From assembly GCA_002104945.1 (NCBI GenBank), contig MCFH01000091.1, positions 1-64,000 on the forward strand: a stretch of 64,000 bases of DNA. Reading direction: 5' to 3'. Under the pieces are notes generated by a model. It searched no databases. It had not been told where the DNA came from and saw nothing but the letters and a program-made list of their open reading frames with translations. The DNA is from Piromyces finnis finn (Eukaryota > Fungi > Neocallimastigomycota). The first letter of the stretch is position 1. Each line of letters begins with the position of its first letter. Shown piece after piece: positions 11,344 to 25,456 of this stretch. Both the position numbers and the translations under genes were made by a program.

Positions 11344-13182
11344 TGTAATAATTATTATATATTTAATAATAATTATTATCTACAATATAATAATACAAAT
11401 CGTAATATGTATTATTAAATTGAGAAGTTTCTTAATAGTAAATAAAAATGAATACTTATCTTAAAGAGTTTATTATAAGTGAATTATAATAACAAACACA
11501 AAATATTAAGACTATCTTTAATGTAAATATTTTTTATGAATATAGTTTTTGAAAGGGTTATTTATTATAATTGTCTTAAAATAATAACTCTGGATTCTTT
11601 AGTGGAATTTCAGAGTCCTTATATTTATAATTTTTTGATAATTTAAAGTTTAATAAAGAATTTCTAATCTTAACAAATAATCTTTTTAGGAAAAGACTAG
11701 AAGAAAAACCTAAAAAGATATTCGATTGATAACTAATATATCAATCATCGTAATATTAAGTAAAACCGATTAAAATTCGGAAAAACCTTAATATCCGATT
11801 GTCCTAATATGTATTTATATTTTCTAATTGTTTCTATAAGTTATTCCAAGATACGATACATACACATAAAATACAAACGTAAAATAAAATATATAATGTA
11901 TCTTATAAAATGTAATACAAAAATTATTAATTAAAAAATAAATGAATGTTTACTATTATTTTAAATATATTACTAAATTAAATAAATAAATAATTAATAT
12001 AGTAATTAAATAAATTTTAAATTAAGTAAATGAATAATTAATATCAATATAGATAAATATTTATAGTAATTTAAATGAATGTATGCTAATAGTTTAAATA
12101 AATAATTAATTTAATAATTAAAAAATAATGTTAAGTTTTTGGATTTGGTTATGCGGCCAGGTCAGAATGTTATCAATTATATAGTCAATATGTTTTTAAG
12201 AAATTAAATTTAAATATAAAATAACCCTTTAAACTTCCAAATGAGAAATTAATATTTATTCTTTAGAATAACTTTTTTATAAAATTTTATTTATTTATTA
12301 ATAATAATATAAATGATAATATATTTAATAACTATATAATTAAGATTATAACTATAATCTTTACAAAGAATTAAAATCGAATTCAATTCATTCTATTTTA
12401 TATTCTTTGTTCAGATTATTAAATTGATAAAAATAAAGTATTACATGTAATATGTTAATAATATAATAAGATTGTTTGTTTGTTTGTTTGTTTGTTTGTT
12501 TGTTTTGTCATGACATAAAATAAAATAAACATATGATTAATCATTTAAACACTTGATCCATTAACCTATTTTATAATAATTAAAATTATTTAATTTATAA
12601 ATGTTAACCGTTACACCTAAATGGTTTAGTTCTATTTTTAGTAACAGTCACTATCATTAATTAAATTAATATAATTAGAATTTCTATTGATATCTTTTTA
12701 ATTTTCGTCAAGTCATAAGAAATGTCTATGATCCATACTTGATATCATATTAATTTTAATTTACTTATTAAAATCTTCGAATGATCATATCTTCCTTAAA
12801 TGACCTGTTAGAAGGACCGCGATTGTACCAAAATGTAGCTTTTTCCTTAAGCTTTCTAATAAACCTGGTTTCATAGCCGTAGCACTTACAGCCGTAGCGA
12901 TCGTTTTTGGCGAGTTACACCTTGTTTCGTGTTTGTTTATTTTTGGTTAAGGGTTATAGTGTATTGATATTAGATTTTTTGAAATCATAACCCTTTCACT
13001 GAACCAAAATTTAAAAGGTGACTTTTAAAGGTGTTTTAAAATAATTATTGGATTATTTAATTCTAATTATTATGTTTAATTAATTATAGATATTATCTGA
13101 ATTTGTTTTAAATCCAGTTAATATCTTCACAAATAATTAAATAAGAATTAATTTATACAAAAAATAATTATTAATTCTTACA
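11344..13182. mobile_element. Non-coding 1.84-kb TG..CA element D, copy D1 (long solo LTR or non-autonomous LTR element)
   Basis: Inverted paralog of 25860-29000 at both termini and internally. TSD CGGGT (11339-11343) / CAGGT (13183-13187), one mismatch. Lacks both SINEs found in D2. Confidence 0.8.
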
Positions 13183-13187
13183 CAGGT

Positions 13188-13606
13188 TGTAGAAATAATG
13201 AAATTGTCTTAGTGGTTAGTAACTAAGACTTTGGTCCGAATGTCTTAAGTTCGAGACATTTAAATTACTTTCTTTATTTATTTTATTTTAATTTTTTATT
13301 TTGATTTTTTACCAACACGAAATTCTTTGATTGGTTAAGAAATTTAAGTTGTAAAAAATATTTTATATTAAATTTAAAATTTTTATATAAATCCGAGTGA
13401 ATTTTCCTAAATAATTTAAGAAAATTGAGTTTTTATTAATTAATAAATTATTGTTAAACACTAACCTATTAAGTTAGAAATTGTGTGTTTTTAATAATAA
13501 TTTTAAATATTAATAATTAACAGTAATTAAAAGTGTTTATATTTACTAAGTTATTTTAGTAAATTATTATAAATTTCTTTTATTTTTAAGAACACATTTC
13601 TTTACA
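13188..13606 (+). repeat. Diverged isolated LTR of family A
   Basis: Colinear with LTR A in element sense (GTCTTAGTGGTTAGTAACTAAGACTTTG...AGTTCGAGAC...AAGAACACATTTCTTTACA). Flanks do not form a TSD. Confidence 0.85.
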
Positions 13607-14087
13607 ATTAACATAATTTCTAATACAATATGATGAGTAAACTTATTATATTATATAATGATTGGTTATAAGAATAACTAGTTTTTTTCTTCTATTAATT
13701 CTAATCTAATCTTAATATAATTTTTTGCATTTAATCAAACCCCTGTTATTTAATATAATTCCTTACATAAATGTTAAATTTTAAAGTGGAAATCTATCAG
13801 TAACAAAATTTATATAAAAAGCAATTATCAAATACAAATACCATATATATAATATTATATGCTATTTTATGAACTTAATAGTTATTAAGATATCTTAGGT
13901 TATTATTATAACCCTGCGAGAAATCCTAGTTATTACAATACTAATTATTATTTGAGCTAATAATATATTGCTAATACAAATTAACCTTGATACTTATTCT
14001 AAAGATTAAATCTTCAAGAATTTTGTATACTATTTATATTAATTATTTATAGATAATCTTATTCAATAATAATTATGAATGAAAATT

Positions 14088-14701
14088 TGTAAATATATCA
14101 AACGCCACAGCTTTATAACTCTAATGTAGCTTAAGTCTTAGTTATTATTGTTTTAGTTACACAAATTGTATTACAGAAAATGAAAATGAGACATAATTTA
14201 TTTATTAATAATTAAAGTTTAAAACAAAATAAATAATTAATTTATTTTTTATGTTCTACACATAAATTAAATTTCTCAACTTAATATCTTATTTTTAGTA
14301 TTGTTTTTGTACAAATATATAATTAGTATATAATTAAATAAATCAAACTACACTATTTAATGATTAATATATATAAATAATACATAGGCATACATTCAAA
14401 TCGTGTAGTACTTGATTTGAATTGCCTATTTAGTTTTACTAAAATAGTTATAGTTAAGATTTTAGTGGAATTTTTAAATAATAATATATTTTAAATAAAT
14501 AGTTATAATATAAATTAAATGTATTTAGGAAAAATATAAATAGAAGATATTTTCATCATTCAATCGATATAATTTTTATTAAAAATACTATTATAATAAG
14601 ATATATTTTTATAAAAACAATTTTTTTACTTCTATTTAAAATTTTGGTGTTATTGTAATAGAATGGATATCCTAATCTATTCTTTTAGTGTTTGATTTAT
14701 A
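14088..14701 (+). repeat. Family C long-type LTR directly upstream of the RT remnant of element C
   Basis: Colinear with 18201-18818. Starts TGTAAATATATCAAACGCCACAGC and ends TTTATA (degenerate TTACA). Confidence 0.75.
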
Positions 14702-16524
14702 ATTTAGAATTTATTAAAGTATTTAATGAAAAAAATTATGAAGTATTGCCTCCTTATAGACATTATGATTGGGAAATCAAACTTAAGAATGATTCAACTT
14801 TATTTAATGGACCACTGTATCCATTAACTGAAATTGAAAGGGAGGAACTTAAAAAAAAATATATGATAATTTAAATAAAAGTTTTATTAGGAAATCATCG
14901 TCTTCCGCTTGTGCAGCAATTTTGTTTGTTAAGAAAAAAGATGACTAATTAAGACTTTGTATTAATTATAAAAGGTTAAATGACATCACTATTTGTAATT
15001 CATATCCCTTACCTTTAATTAGTACCTTCTGAAAAGAATGAAAAATGCTAAGATTTTTACTAAATTAGATCTTAAATCTGCTTATAACCTTGTTCGAATT
15101 AAGGAAGATGATGAATACAAAACGGCCTTCCGTTCTAGATTTGATCATCTTGAATATCTGGTTATTCCTTTTGTATTAAAAAATGTACCTGCAACCTTTC
15201 AACACTTCATTAACGATATTATTGGTAATTATTTAGATGATTTTGTTATCTCATATATTGATGATATTCCTATTTATTCTAATAATAATTATCGAAGAAT
15301 ATCATGAATATGTTAAAAGATACTTAATAAACAACTTGAAAATAATCTTTATGTTAAATTAGAAAAATGTGGGTTTGACGTTGAGAAAACCGTTTTTTCT
15401 TGGTTATCTCATTTCAAAAGATGGTTTGCAAATGGACGAGAATAAAGTTAAAGCAATTTCCGATTGGCCAGTTCCCAAGAATGTTAAAGAGGTTCAGCCT
15501 TTTATTGGTTTATGCAACTATTACAGAATTTTTATTAAAGAGTTTGCTAAAATTGCAAACCCCTCCATAAACTTACTAGAAAAAATGTTGTTTTTAATTG
15601 GGTAAATGAAGATAAGGATTGATATTTATTTTATTAAAAATTTTGTTCACGTCAGCGTTTATTCTGAAACATACAAATAGTAATAAACAATTTATTGTAG
15701 ATATTGATGCTAGCAATTATGCTGTTGGTGCTATTCTCTTTCAAGAGTTAGACGGCAAATTACATCCCATTGCATTTCTTTCTAAGTGTTTGACGAGTTG
15801 TCAAAGAAACTATCCTATATATGATAAAGACTATTAGCTATCATAGTTGCTCATGAAGAATGGCATCACTATTTATATATTTATAGTGTACACGCCTTCA
15901 GTTCATAATTTATACTGATCACAAGAACTTAACATTTCCTAATAAACATGATATGTTATCTCAAAGACAAATTAGATGAAATTTGTTCTTATCCAAATTT
16001 GACTTTAAACTCATCTATAGAGCTGGAAAGAAATCTGGTAAGCCTGATATCCTGTCTCGTAGAAGTGATCATTTGGTGAATATGTTTAATTCTGATGTTT
16101 CTTGTATTACTATTCCACTTCATCATAGTGATAATAAACCGTTAATCGGTTCTATTTTATTAGAACTCAAAAATGACGATTTGTATAATTCTATCGTTCA
16201 ATTTAAAATGAATGGTTCTACAAGTAATGCTACTATTAAAAATATTGATAAAATTATTATTGATGATGAAGGATTTCTATTATTTAATAATTTTATTTAT
16301 GTTCCAAAATCTCTTAAGATTAGAGTTTTGGAACTCTATCACGATTCCGTCGCTATTGGCCATTTCGGCATTAAGAAAATTGCCGAACTTATTTCAAGAA
16401 ACTTTTGGTGGCCAAGATTTCATTTAGATGTCAAATCTTTTATTAAATCTTGCGTGACTTGTTGCAAATCCAAAGTCCCCAGACATAAGCCTTATGTATT
16501 ATTATCCCCTTTGGACATTCCTAG

Positions 16525-17243
16525 TATAAAGATATAAGATATATCTTTAAATTATTTAATAATTAATTAATAATTGTTAAATAAAAAATCTTGATATTTT
16601 AACGGAAATTATTCATAAAATTTATTCAATAAATTTCATGAAATAATTAAATAATAATTAATTTTAAAATATCAAGGTTAAGAAACGAAATTTGGATAAA
16701 TATTTAAATTAATGAATAATTAAATTTAAATATTTTAAATATTCAAATTAAATCTTAAAAAGTTTTTATTTAATTAAAATTAGTTTAATAACTTTAGCGT
16801 ATTTTTAAAATAGATTTTTTTAATAAGAAATATATTATAAATAGTATTATTAATATTAAAATAATATATAAATAATACATGGACTGTATCCAATTTGCAG
16901 TTTTCTCAAATTGAATCAAAAGTGTATTTAATTAGTTTTAGTTTAGTTTTATTATTTTATTATTTATTTAAAGTTGTATTAAATTAGTTTTGTTTATTTT
17001 ATATTAAATATATGTATAATTGAATGAAAGATATATAAAATGAATGTAAATGAAAAAACATATAAATACATGTATTTTTTTCCAAATTTTAAATAAACGT
17101 AGTTGTTATTGACTATTATATAGTTAATAACTTTTAAAAAGAAATATTAATTGAGAATTTTTATTTATTTTATTGTTTAAATTTTTTTATTTTTTGTGTT
17201 TTATTGTAAAAATAATAATCTGTTTTAATATTATTATTTTACA
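16525..17243 (+). mobile_element. ~720-bp AT-rich insertion, probably a solo LTR related to family C, inside the integrase of element C
   Basis: Splits ..PLDIP / RPWSNISIDF. Starts TATAAAGATAT (cf. TGTAAAGATAT), ends TTTTACA and shares TAATACATGG with family C. TSD is degenerate. Confidence 0.65.
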
Positions 17244-18200
17244 CCAATAGACCTTGGTCTAATATCTCTATCGACTTCATTGTTGATCTTCCAAAGTCCA
17301 GAGATATAACTACACTTATGGTTGTTGTCGATAAATTTACAAAATTTGCTCACGCCATTCCTTTACGTTGTCTTCCTACTGCTTATATTGCTGCTGATGC
17401 TTTTATTGCTAATGTCCTCCGTCTGCATGGTCTTCCTGATTCCATCATTTCTGATAGTAGCTCGCAATTTAGTTCCGATTTTTGGTCAAGACTTCGTGCC
17501 TTCTAAATATCAATAATTCATTATCGACTGCTAACCATCCGCAGACATATGGTCAAACGGAGAGGGTGAATGGCATATTAGAACAATATTTCCGTTGTTT
17601 TATCAATAAAAAGCAGAATTGGGTTGATCTTATTTCATTTGGTAATATGCATATAATAATACTTTACAACAATCTATAAATCAATTCCCATTCTTTGCCA
17701 ATTATTGTTTTCATCCAAAGTTCAGCTTAGAAATTCCAGCTAATGATAGACCTAGTAGAGCTGAACAAAGAGTAATTGATATGAACGAAAACTTTTGATT
17801 ATTAAAAGAAAACTTAGAAAAAGAAAAAGAAACATATAAGAAATATGCTGATATGAAAAGAATGAGTCCCGGAATTCGAAGTGGAAAAGAAGTTATGGTT
17901 ATTGAAAGATTCGCCTGGAACTAATTTGAAGAAAAAATTAGCACCTCAAATGTTTGGTTCATTTGAAATAATTGAAAAAGTTAGTTCTCCTGCTTTTAAA
18001 TTGAAACTTCCAATGAAAATGAGATTTCATCCAGTCTTTCATGTCTCATTGTTAGGACCATACTTTGAAAACGTATTTAATAATAGGTCTAATAAATATT
18101 AATCTTAACACAGATTTGATTGAAAAGAATTCCAGAAAAAAAATTAGAAGATGAAATCTGTTAACGGTGAAACATTTTTTAAGTTATCGTGGAAAGAATT

Positions 18201-18818
18201 TGTAAAGATATCAAACAGAGGTGTTTGATATCTTTAATGTAACTTAAGCCACAAGTATTATTGTTTAAGTTACACAAATTATATTACAGAAAAAGAAAAT
18301 GAGACATAATTTATTTATTAACAATTAAAGTTTAAAACAAAATAAATTATTAGTTTATTTTTAATGTTTAACAAGTAAATTAATATTCTCAATGTAAATC
18401 CCTAGTTTTAGTATTGTTTTTTTATAGAAATAGATAAATAATATATAAATAATAAATGATTAATATATCAATAATACATGGGCACATATTCAAATTAAAT
18501 AGTACTTAATTTGAATTGCCAATTGTATTTTACTAAAAATAATTATAGTTTAAATATTTATTAATAATTAAGATTTTAGTGTAGATTTTAAATAATAATA
18601 TATAAGAAATAAATAGTTATAATATAATATAAATGTATTTAGGAAAAATATAAATAGAAGATATTTTTCAACATTTTATCGATGTAATTGTTATTAATAA
18701 AATTTCTATTATAATAAAAGATATTTTTATAAAAACAATTTTTTTTTCTTATTTAAATTTTAGTGTTATTGTAATAAAATAGATATCCTAATCTATTCTT
18801 CCAGTGTTTAACATTACA
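18201..18818 (+). mobile_element. Solo LTR (family C long type, 618 bp) inserted in the chromodomain of element C
   Basis: TG..CA ends. TSD GAATT (18196-18200) / GGATT (18819-18823). Removal restores TGG AAA GGA TTT GAC AAA TAC ACC TGG (WKGFDKYTW). Confidence 0.85.
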
Positions 18819-19054
18819 GGATTTGACAAATACACCTGGATTTCTGAAGATCATATTCCAGACAATTAATATAAAAGTTCGAAAGAAACTCTAAAAAGTC
18901 AAAACATAAGCCGAATGATTCCTCCATGAAAATTAGAAAGAATAAAGTTGGTAATCTAATTAAGCATAGATACCAACCATTTGTAATTGAGATTCCTTCG
19001 AGAAAGGATTCTTTATAAATTAATCTCGCAAGAGCTCGACTTAAAGAGAGAAAT

Positions 19055-19286
19055 TGTAAAGATATCAAACGCCACAGCTTATATCTTAATGTAGCTTAAG
19101 CCTATTATTATTGTTTTAGTTACACGAATTATATTACAGAAAATGAAAATTGGACATAATTTATTTATTAATAATTAAAGTTTAAAACAAAATATATTAA
19201 AATTCTCAATTCAAACCCCTAGTTTTATTATTGTTTTGTAATAGATTAGATATCCTAATCTATTCGGTTTAGTATCTTACTTTACA
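19055..19286 (+). repeat. 3' LTR of element C (short, internally deleted family C type)
   Basis: Follows a purine tract. TGTAAAGATATC...CTTTACA, with about 390 bp of the long type missing. Confidence 0.7.
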
Positions 19287-20889
19287 TGTGTAAAACTTTG
19301 ACCTCTCAATTATAGATCTATGAAGAAATATTATTTTTTATATTTTTATTTAAGATATCTTTAACTCGTAAATATTGCAAAAATATAAAATTTATATATA
19401 ATTATATTATTAATTTTATTTAATTTATCATTATTCCTTCATGGAATTATTTTAACAATACATGATATATTTATATTCTTAATATTACATTAATAAATTA
19501 TTTTGGAAATGATATATTTAATTCTCTTATTAATATTTTTCTTTCTAGATTTCTTATTTTTACCAAACCTTTATAACCTTAATAATAATAATTGAAATTT
19601 AAAAAGACTCATCAACCTCAGAATTATATTAATTTTTTAATCTTTATCAAATTAAATTCTAATATAATTTAATTCAGATCATGAATTAACTAATAACTTA
19701 ACTTCTGGGATATAATTTATACTTATAAAAAATGCGAAACAAATTAAATTTTTTTTCATTTAAATCTCAAACTTAATGAGTTTTCATTTTAATAATTTCT
19801 GGATTTTTCTCTAATAATACGAAAAACTACTTTAGATTTAATTAAAGTAATATAATTAAAACACTTTCTTTCACTTTTTATCAAATTTTTAATCATTGCT
19901 TGATATATTAATATAATGTTTGAGTTTTCTATCAGTACTAATTCTAAAAATATTAATATAAATTGGATGCTTTGCTTTTTATTACAAAAATAAAACTAAT
20001 TTAACTTATTTCTATAAAACCTAATTTTTCTATTAATGAAGGATATAATCAATCATTTTAGAAATTATAAATTTTAATAATATTATTTAATATTTTACTA
20101 ATTCTTTGAAATTCGATATGTAATCCAAAAGATTTTTAAATTCACTTTGATGAATATTATCTAATTTTTCATAAAACAACAATAGAATAATTAAAACTCC
20201 AATTTTAGTTCTAAGTATATTAACACAATTTATTTATTATGTTTCTTATTAAAATATAAAGTAATTTTTTCTTATTTTAATTAATACTATAATAATGTAT
20301 TTAAAATAATTTAAAATTTAAAAAAAAAATAACTAGGTATATTGCACTCCAGTATAATATCTGTATTTAACTTTCAGTTAGACTTAGAATTGAAGATTAA
20401 ATATTACCTTGATATTAAAGTATGCTCTTCATTAATTATCCTTGTAATAACGTGAGAGACTCGGGTTAACACAATTTTAATTTACTATTTTTTGTATTAA
20501 TAGTACATTTTATAAATAATTTGATTATTTAATATTATTAATACAAATTAATCTTAATACTAATTCTAAAGACTAAATTTACATGAATTTTATAAATTAT
20601 TTATATTTACTATTTATAAATATTCTTATTTAATAATTATTAATAAACATCATTCATATTGATTGATAACTTCAATTATTTAAATAAAAAAAAAGAAATA
20701 GAAATAGAAAAATATTATGGAATAAATATAGCGATTACAATATTTAATCCATAATATAGAGAACCCGGAGTCGAACATGACAAGTAGGTCAGTGTCCAAC
20801 AACCTGACTGCGAAGCCAGCTTAGGGAACCCTGAAATATAATTTCTTGGAAAAGGTACAAAACCTTTATACGTTACAATGCCCTCCTTC

Positions 20890-23800
20890 TAATGTCGGAT
20901 TCCAGACGACATTGAATGTTGTTTATCTGGAAACTTTTTGTGGAAAGCTTTCAGTAATACGGGGGCATGTATGTCTTCTGCGTTTTCCCATGAACGATCT
21001 TCAACAGGATATCCTTTCCAATCAACAGGATACTGAAGTACTCCGTTGTTAATTCTAGAATCCGATATTTCGTTTACTTCATACTCTAGTTCATCGTTTA
21101 CTAAAATGGGAGGCGGCTTCTGAATATCTCGGTTTTCAAAGGTATTCTCAATATAGGTCTAGAGATTATATATATAGAAAATGGGGTGTCTTCGGTCTCG
21201 TTTGGATAATTTTAACTTGAAATTTTGATTTTCCAAGCATTCAATAATTTCATATGGTCCCGATTTCCTAGAATCTAATTTCTTCACATTTGTTTTTCCT
21301 TTGGGATAGAGCAACCATACTTTGTCGCCTACATTTAAACTGGGAGGCTCTTGTCTTTTCTTATCAGCATATTCTTTAAACTTTTCTTGAGCTTCTTTTA
21401 TATTTTCCTTTAGTTTATCAATTGTCTTACCAATGTCACATACAACTTTTTCTGCTTCAGGAACTAGGGACGTTATTGGAAGATCAATTAAGAATTCTGG
21501 ATCATACTTTAACTTGGCCTTGAAAGGTGACATTTTAATGGATTCCTGAATAGCATTTTATAGGCAAATTCTGCGAGTGAAATATACGAACTCCAGTCAG
21601 AATGTTTACTGTTAGTGAAACACCTGAGATACTGTTCAATTATACTATTAAGCCTTTCCGTTTGCCCATCAGTCTGTTGGTGATAAGCAGTTGAAAGTTT
21701 GGATTTACAGTGTAGTAGCTTACAAAAATGTTGGAAGAATTTTGAATTGAATTGTCTACCACGATCTGATATAATTTCCTTTGGAATACCATGTAGTCTG
21801 AATACATTATCCAATATAAGTTGTGCAGTTTCTTCATCTGAGGGAAGCTTTCTAAGTGGAATGAAATGACCCATCTTCGATAATCTATCCACCACTGTTA
21901 GGATAGCAGAATAATTGATCGATTTTGGTAGATCTATAATGAAATCAAGAGATATTGAAGACCATTGTTTTCGGGTATTGAGAGTGGTTGAAGAAATCCA
22001 TATGGTTTGTGATTGCTGTTTTTGTTTCTATTACACGTATCACATGAATTTACAAATCTGCGTACGTCCCCCCTCAAGCTCTTCCACCAAAAGTTTCTAC
22101 TAATAAGTTCGAGAGTTTTCTTAATACCGAAATGTCCGGAAGAAGGGAATTATGATGGGATTGAAGAATATCAACACGAAGGACTTCGGGAATGTAAATC
22201 TTAAAGTTGTAAAGAAGAATACCATCCTTGAAAGTGAAAGGAGAATTGGGGAGATTAAGTCTTCTGGAGTTGTTTGTAGAATTGAAGTAAGGATCTGAAG
22301 GTAGGGCTGAACGAATCTTTTCTAATAAAGAGCTATCACTTAGAGAAATAACGGAGGAAATGCTAGTGAAATTAGAAGTGTTAAGAATTGAACGTGAATT
22401 AGAAACTTTATGTTCATAATCAGGTCTACGAGACAAGCAATCAGCTCTATTCTTCGAACCTGGTTTGTATTTAATAACAAAATCAAAACGAGAGAAGAAG
22501 ATACTCCAGCGGATATGACGTTGGGAAAGATGATCTGGTTTACGCTCAAAAAGAAGATTACGATGATCGGAGAAGACAGTGATTTGATGATTGGCACCTT
22601 CAAGATGGTGCCTCCAGGTTTAAAAGGCTTCTTTGATAGCAAGGAGTTCCTTGTCGTAAATTGGGTAATTACATTCGGCGTTGGTTAAAGCTCTCGAGAA
22701 GAAAGAAACAGGGTGAAGAGATCCATCAAATTCTTGAAGAAGGACACTACCGATAGCGAAGTTACTGGAGTCGGATTCAATAATGAAAGGTTTGTTCGGA
22801 TCTGCATGGCAAAGGAGACTGGCGGAAAGAAAAGCATTTTTTAAATTATTGAAAGTTGAGACGGCAGAAGAGTCCATAATAAAAGGAACATTTTTCTTTA
22901 ATAATCGAGTCAAGGGCGCTGCGATTTTTGAAAAATTTTTTTATAAAGCGCTTGTAGTAATTACAGAGACCTATGAATTGTTTGATATGTTTTGTATTTT
23001 GGGGAAGAGGCCAATTAAGAATGGCGTCTACTTTATTCTTTTCCATTGATATACCAGAACCAGAAAGATGGTGACCAACAAAATCAATTTCAGGACATCG
23101 AATTTGCATTTTTCGAGTTTAACATAGAGGTTATTCTTGAGAAGACGTTCGAGAATTAAGCGAACATGCTTATGATGTTCCTCTAATGTATTGGAAAAAA
23201 TGAGAATATCATCAATGTAAGCGAAGGCAAAGTCGTCGAGGAAATCACTTAAAATATCGTTGATGAAATGCTGGAAGGTAGCTGGGGCATTTTTAAGACC
23301 AAACGGCATGACTAAATACTCAAAATGACCAAATCTAGTGTTGAAAGCCGTTTTATATTCATCACCTTCCTTAATACGAACAAGGTTGTATGAGGAACGA
23401 AGGTCGAGCTTAGTGAAGAATTTAGCTCCACTGACTTTTTCAAGAAGATCATTGATTAGCGGAAGGGGATAGAAGTTCCTAATAGTGATATCGTTGAATT
23501 TTCTATAGTCAATGTACATCCGAAACGAATTATCTTTATTTCGAACGAATAAGACAGGGGCACCGGCTGGGGAGATAGACTTCTGAATGAAGTTCTTTTC
23601 TAAATTTTTTTAATATAATCCTTAAGTATCTTTGTTTCCTCCACAGTGAGAAAATAAATTGGGCCGTAAGGGAGAGAAGAGTCGGGTTTTAAATCGATTT
23701 TACATTCGTAAGTTCTTTACGGGGGAAGTTCGTTTGCTGTTTTTCAGAAAAGACGTCCTTAAAGTCAATGTAAAAATCCGGAATAGAGGGTGTTTTTGAA

Positions 23801-25358
23801 AGTGAATCTATAGAGGGACAATTGATATAAATTGCAAATTTTTGAGAATATGACATTGGAGAACGGTGAGAAGTGCTGTTATCAGGTTTACTTGCCGGAG
23901 AGAAAGCAGGGATGGAAGAATCAATAGAAGGTGAAGAGGGAGTCGAAGAGATTGAGTGAAGATGAATATCCGAATTATTTTTTGAAACACAAGAGTCATT
24001 ACACTGAAGGTTTTCGCAATTATTTTAAAATATGCTTTATTAGTTTCAAATTTAGATACATCTTTTTAAAATGCAATTTTTTACAATCAAAATCTACGAC
24101 TGCCCTATTTGAATTGAGCCAATGGGTACCAATAATTTGAGGTAGAGAATTATCATCTGTGATAATGAATTGAATAGAAAATGATTCATCTTTAAATATA
24201 ATCCTAAGAGGTTTAGTCATTCCCAAAATATTAGAAGTTTTCACACCACAGTCAATGGTTCCAGATATTTTTGAATCCGATACCGGAATACTATATTTCT
24301 CAATAAAAAATTTGGAGATAGTGTTTTCAATAGCACCTAAATCAACCAAGATTGAGATATCGTATGGGTTATTATTAATAATAATTATGAACGGGAAAAT
24401 AAGGTATTTATCTAAGGGAATGAATGGATTATAAGATTTTGGATGGTGTGTATTATTGGTAGAAGGCTTAGCTTTAAAAGGGTTTGTACTAGAGTAAGAT
24501 TTAGGCTCAGAATCTACTCTAGAAGTTAGTTTTTTGGAACTTTATGACAGGAAGTAACCAAATGATCCTTGGAACCACAATGCATACACAGACCTTGATC
24601 ACGGCGTTTTTGTTTTTCTTCAGCAGATAAAGGACCACGTCTTTTAACATCAGATTGAGTGGAACGGGTAAAAGGATTTGATCCTCATTTCTCATCTTTC
24701 GCACAAATGGATTATAAAGAGAAGCACCACGGTAATTTCTGGAAATATTATGTTTCTTATGAAGGCTAGAGTCGATTATCATAGTTCTATGAAACGCAGC
24801 AAGAAGGGTTGGTATATCCTCACCATGCATTAATAACTCGGCTTTGACTTCATCATGCAATCCATCGATAAATTTTGAGACGAGGGCCGGTTGATTCCAT
24901 CCAAGATGAATTGAGGCTTGTTCAAAATATTTGATGTATTGAGATACTTCACCTATACGTTCTTGTTTCAATGCCATAATAATTTGGTTGGCATTGAATA
25001 CAATGTCAAGATTACCAAATACTCTCCTAAGTAAGGCAACAAAGCTAGGATAGTGGTTCATAACTGGATTTCTTTCTTGGATCAAGTGAACTACGAAGAA
25101 TTTGGCATCCCCTTCCATATAGGAAAACATAAAAGCTGTCTTATGGGCGTCCTAGCAGAATAGAATGCTTCTTAATTGAAAGATTAATTCACAATGTTGA
25201 ATAAATCCTTCAATATCCATCCTTTTTCCTGTGAATTTGCTTGGATTTCCTATCGGTAGCACATAGTCCAGCATAAGAGGGTCCACAGGAGGTACTTGAC
25301 TTTGTTGAGAGGAAGAAGCTGAAGCAGTAGTGAAAATGTTGAAAGGGTTATTAGACAT
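20890..25358 (-). pseudogene. Disrupted gag-pol-chromodomain of element B
   Basis: Gag has an in-frame TAG at 25152-25154 plus several frameshifts. Protease VDLGA, RT ([14 protein letters not shown]), RNase H ([10 protein letters not shown]), integrase (SDRG, QTERLN, GPY). Chromodomain EYEVNEISDSR..QYPVDWKGY..SWE at about 20960-21085. Confidence 0.92.
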
Positions 25359-25445
25359 ATTTAAAATGTTTTATTAGAAAATGGTTTTATTAATTTATAA
25401 AGGGTTTAGTTATTATTGTGTTAAGGTAAGTCTTTTTTTTCTTAG

Positions 25446-25456
25446 AGAATTAGTAT
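25446..25456 (-). other. Self-priming PBS of element B
   Basis: ATACTAATTCT abuts the 5' LTR. Exact 11-nt complement in the 3' LTR at 20557-20567 and 10/11 at the equivalent 5' LTR site 25571-25581. Confidence 0.7.

Larger units (their letters stand above)
14702..19054 (+). pseudogene. Degenerate chromovirus pol (RT-RNaseH-INT-chromodomain) of element C with two nested LTR insertions
   Basis: Fragments [58 protein letters not shown] and FHPVFHVS, with many stops and frameshifts. The chromodomain WKGFDKYTWISEDHI is rebuilt on removing 18201-18818 plus one TSD copy. PPT-like AAAGAGAGAAAT at 19043-19054. Confidence 0.9.

Noticed and set aside
12900-12960. CGAAAC in D1 and CTGAAGA in SINE S1 (about 26315-26325) as possible hammerhead ribozyme cores
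   Set aside because: The partner core motif and required stems are not present in the right arrangement.
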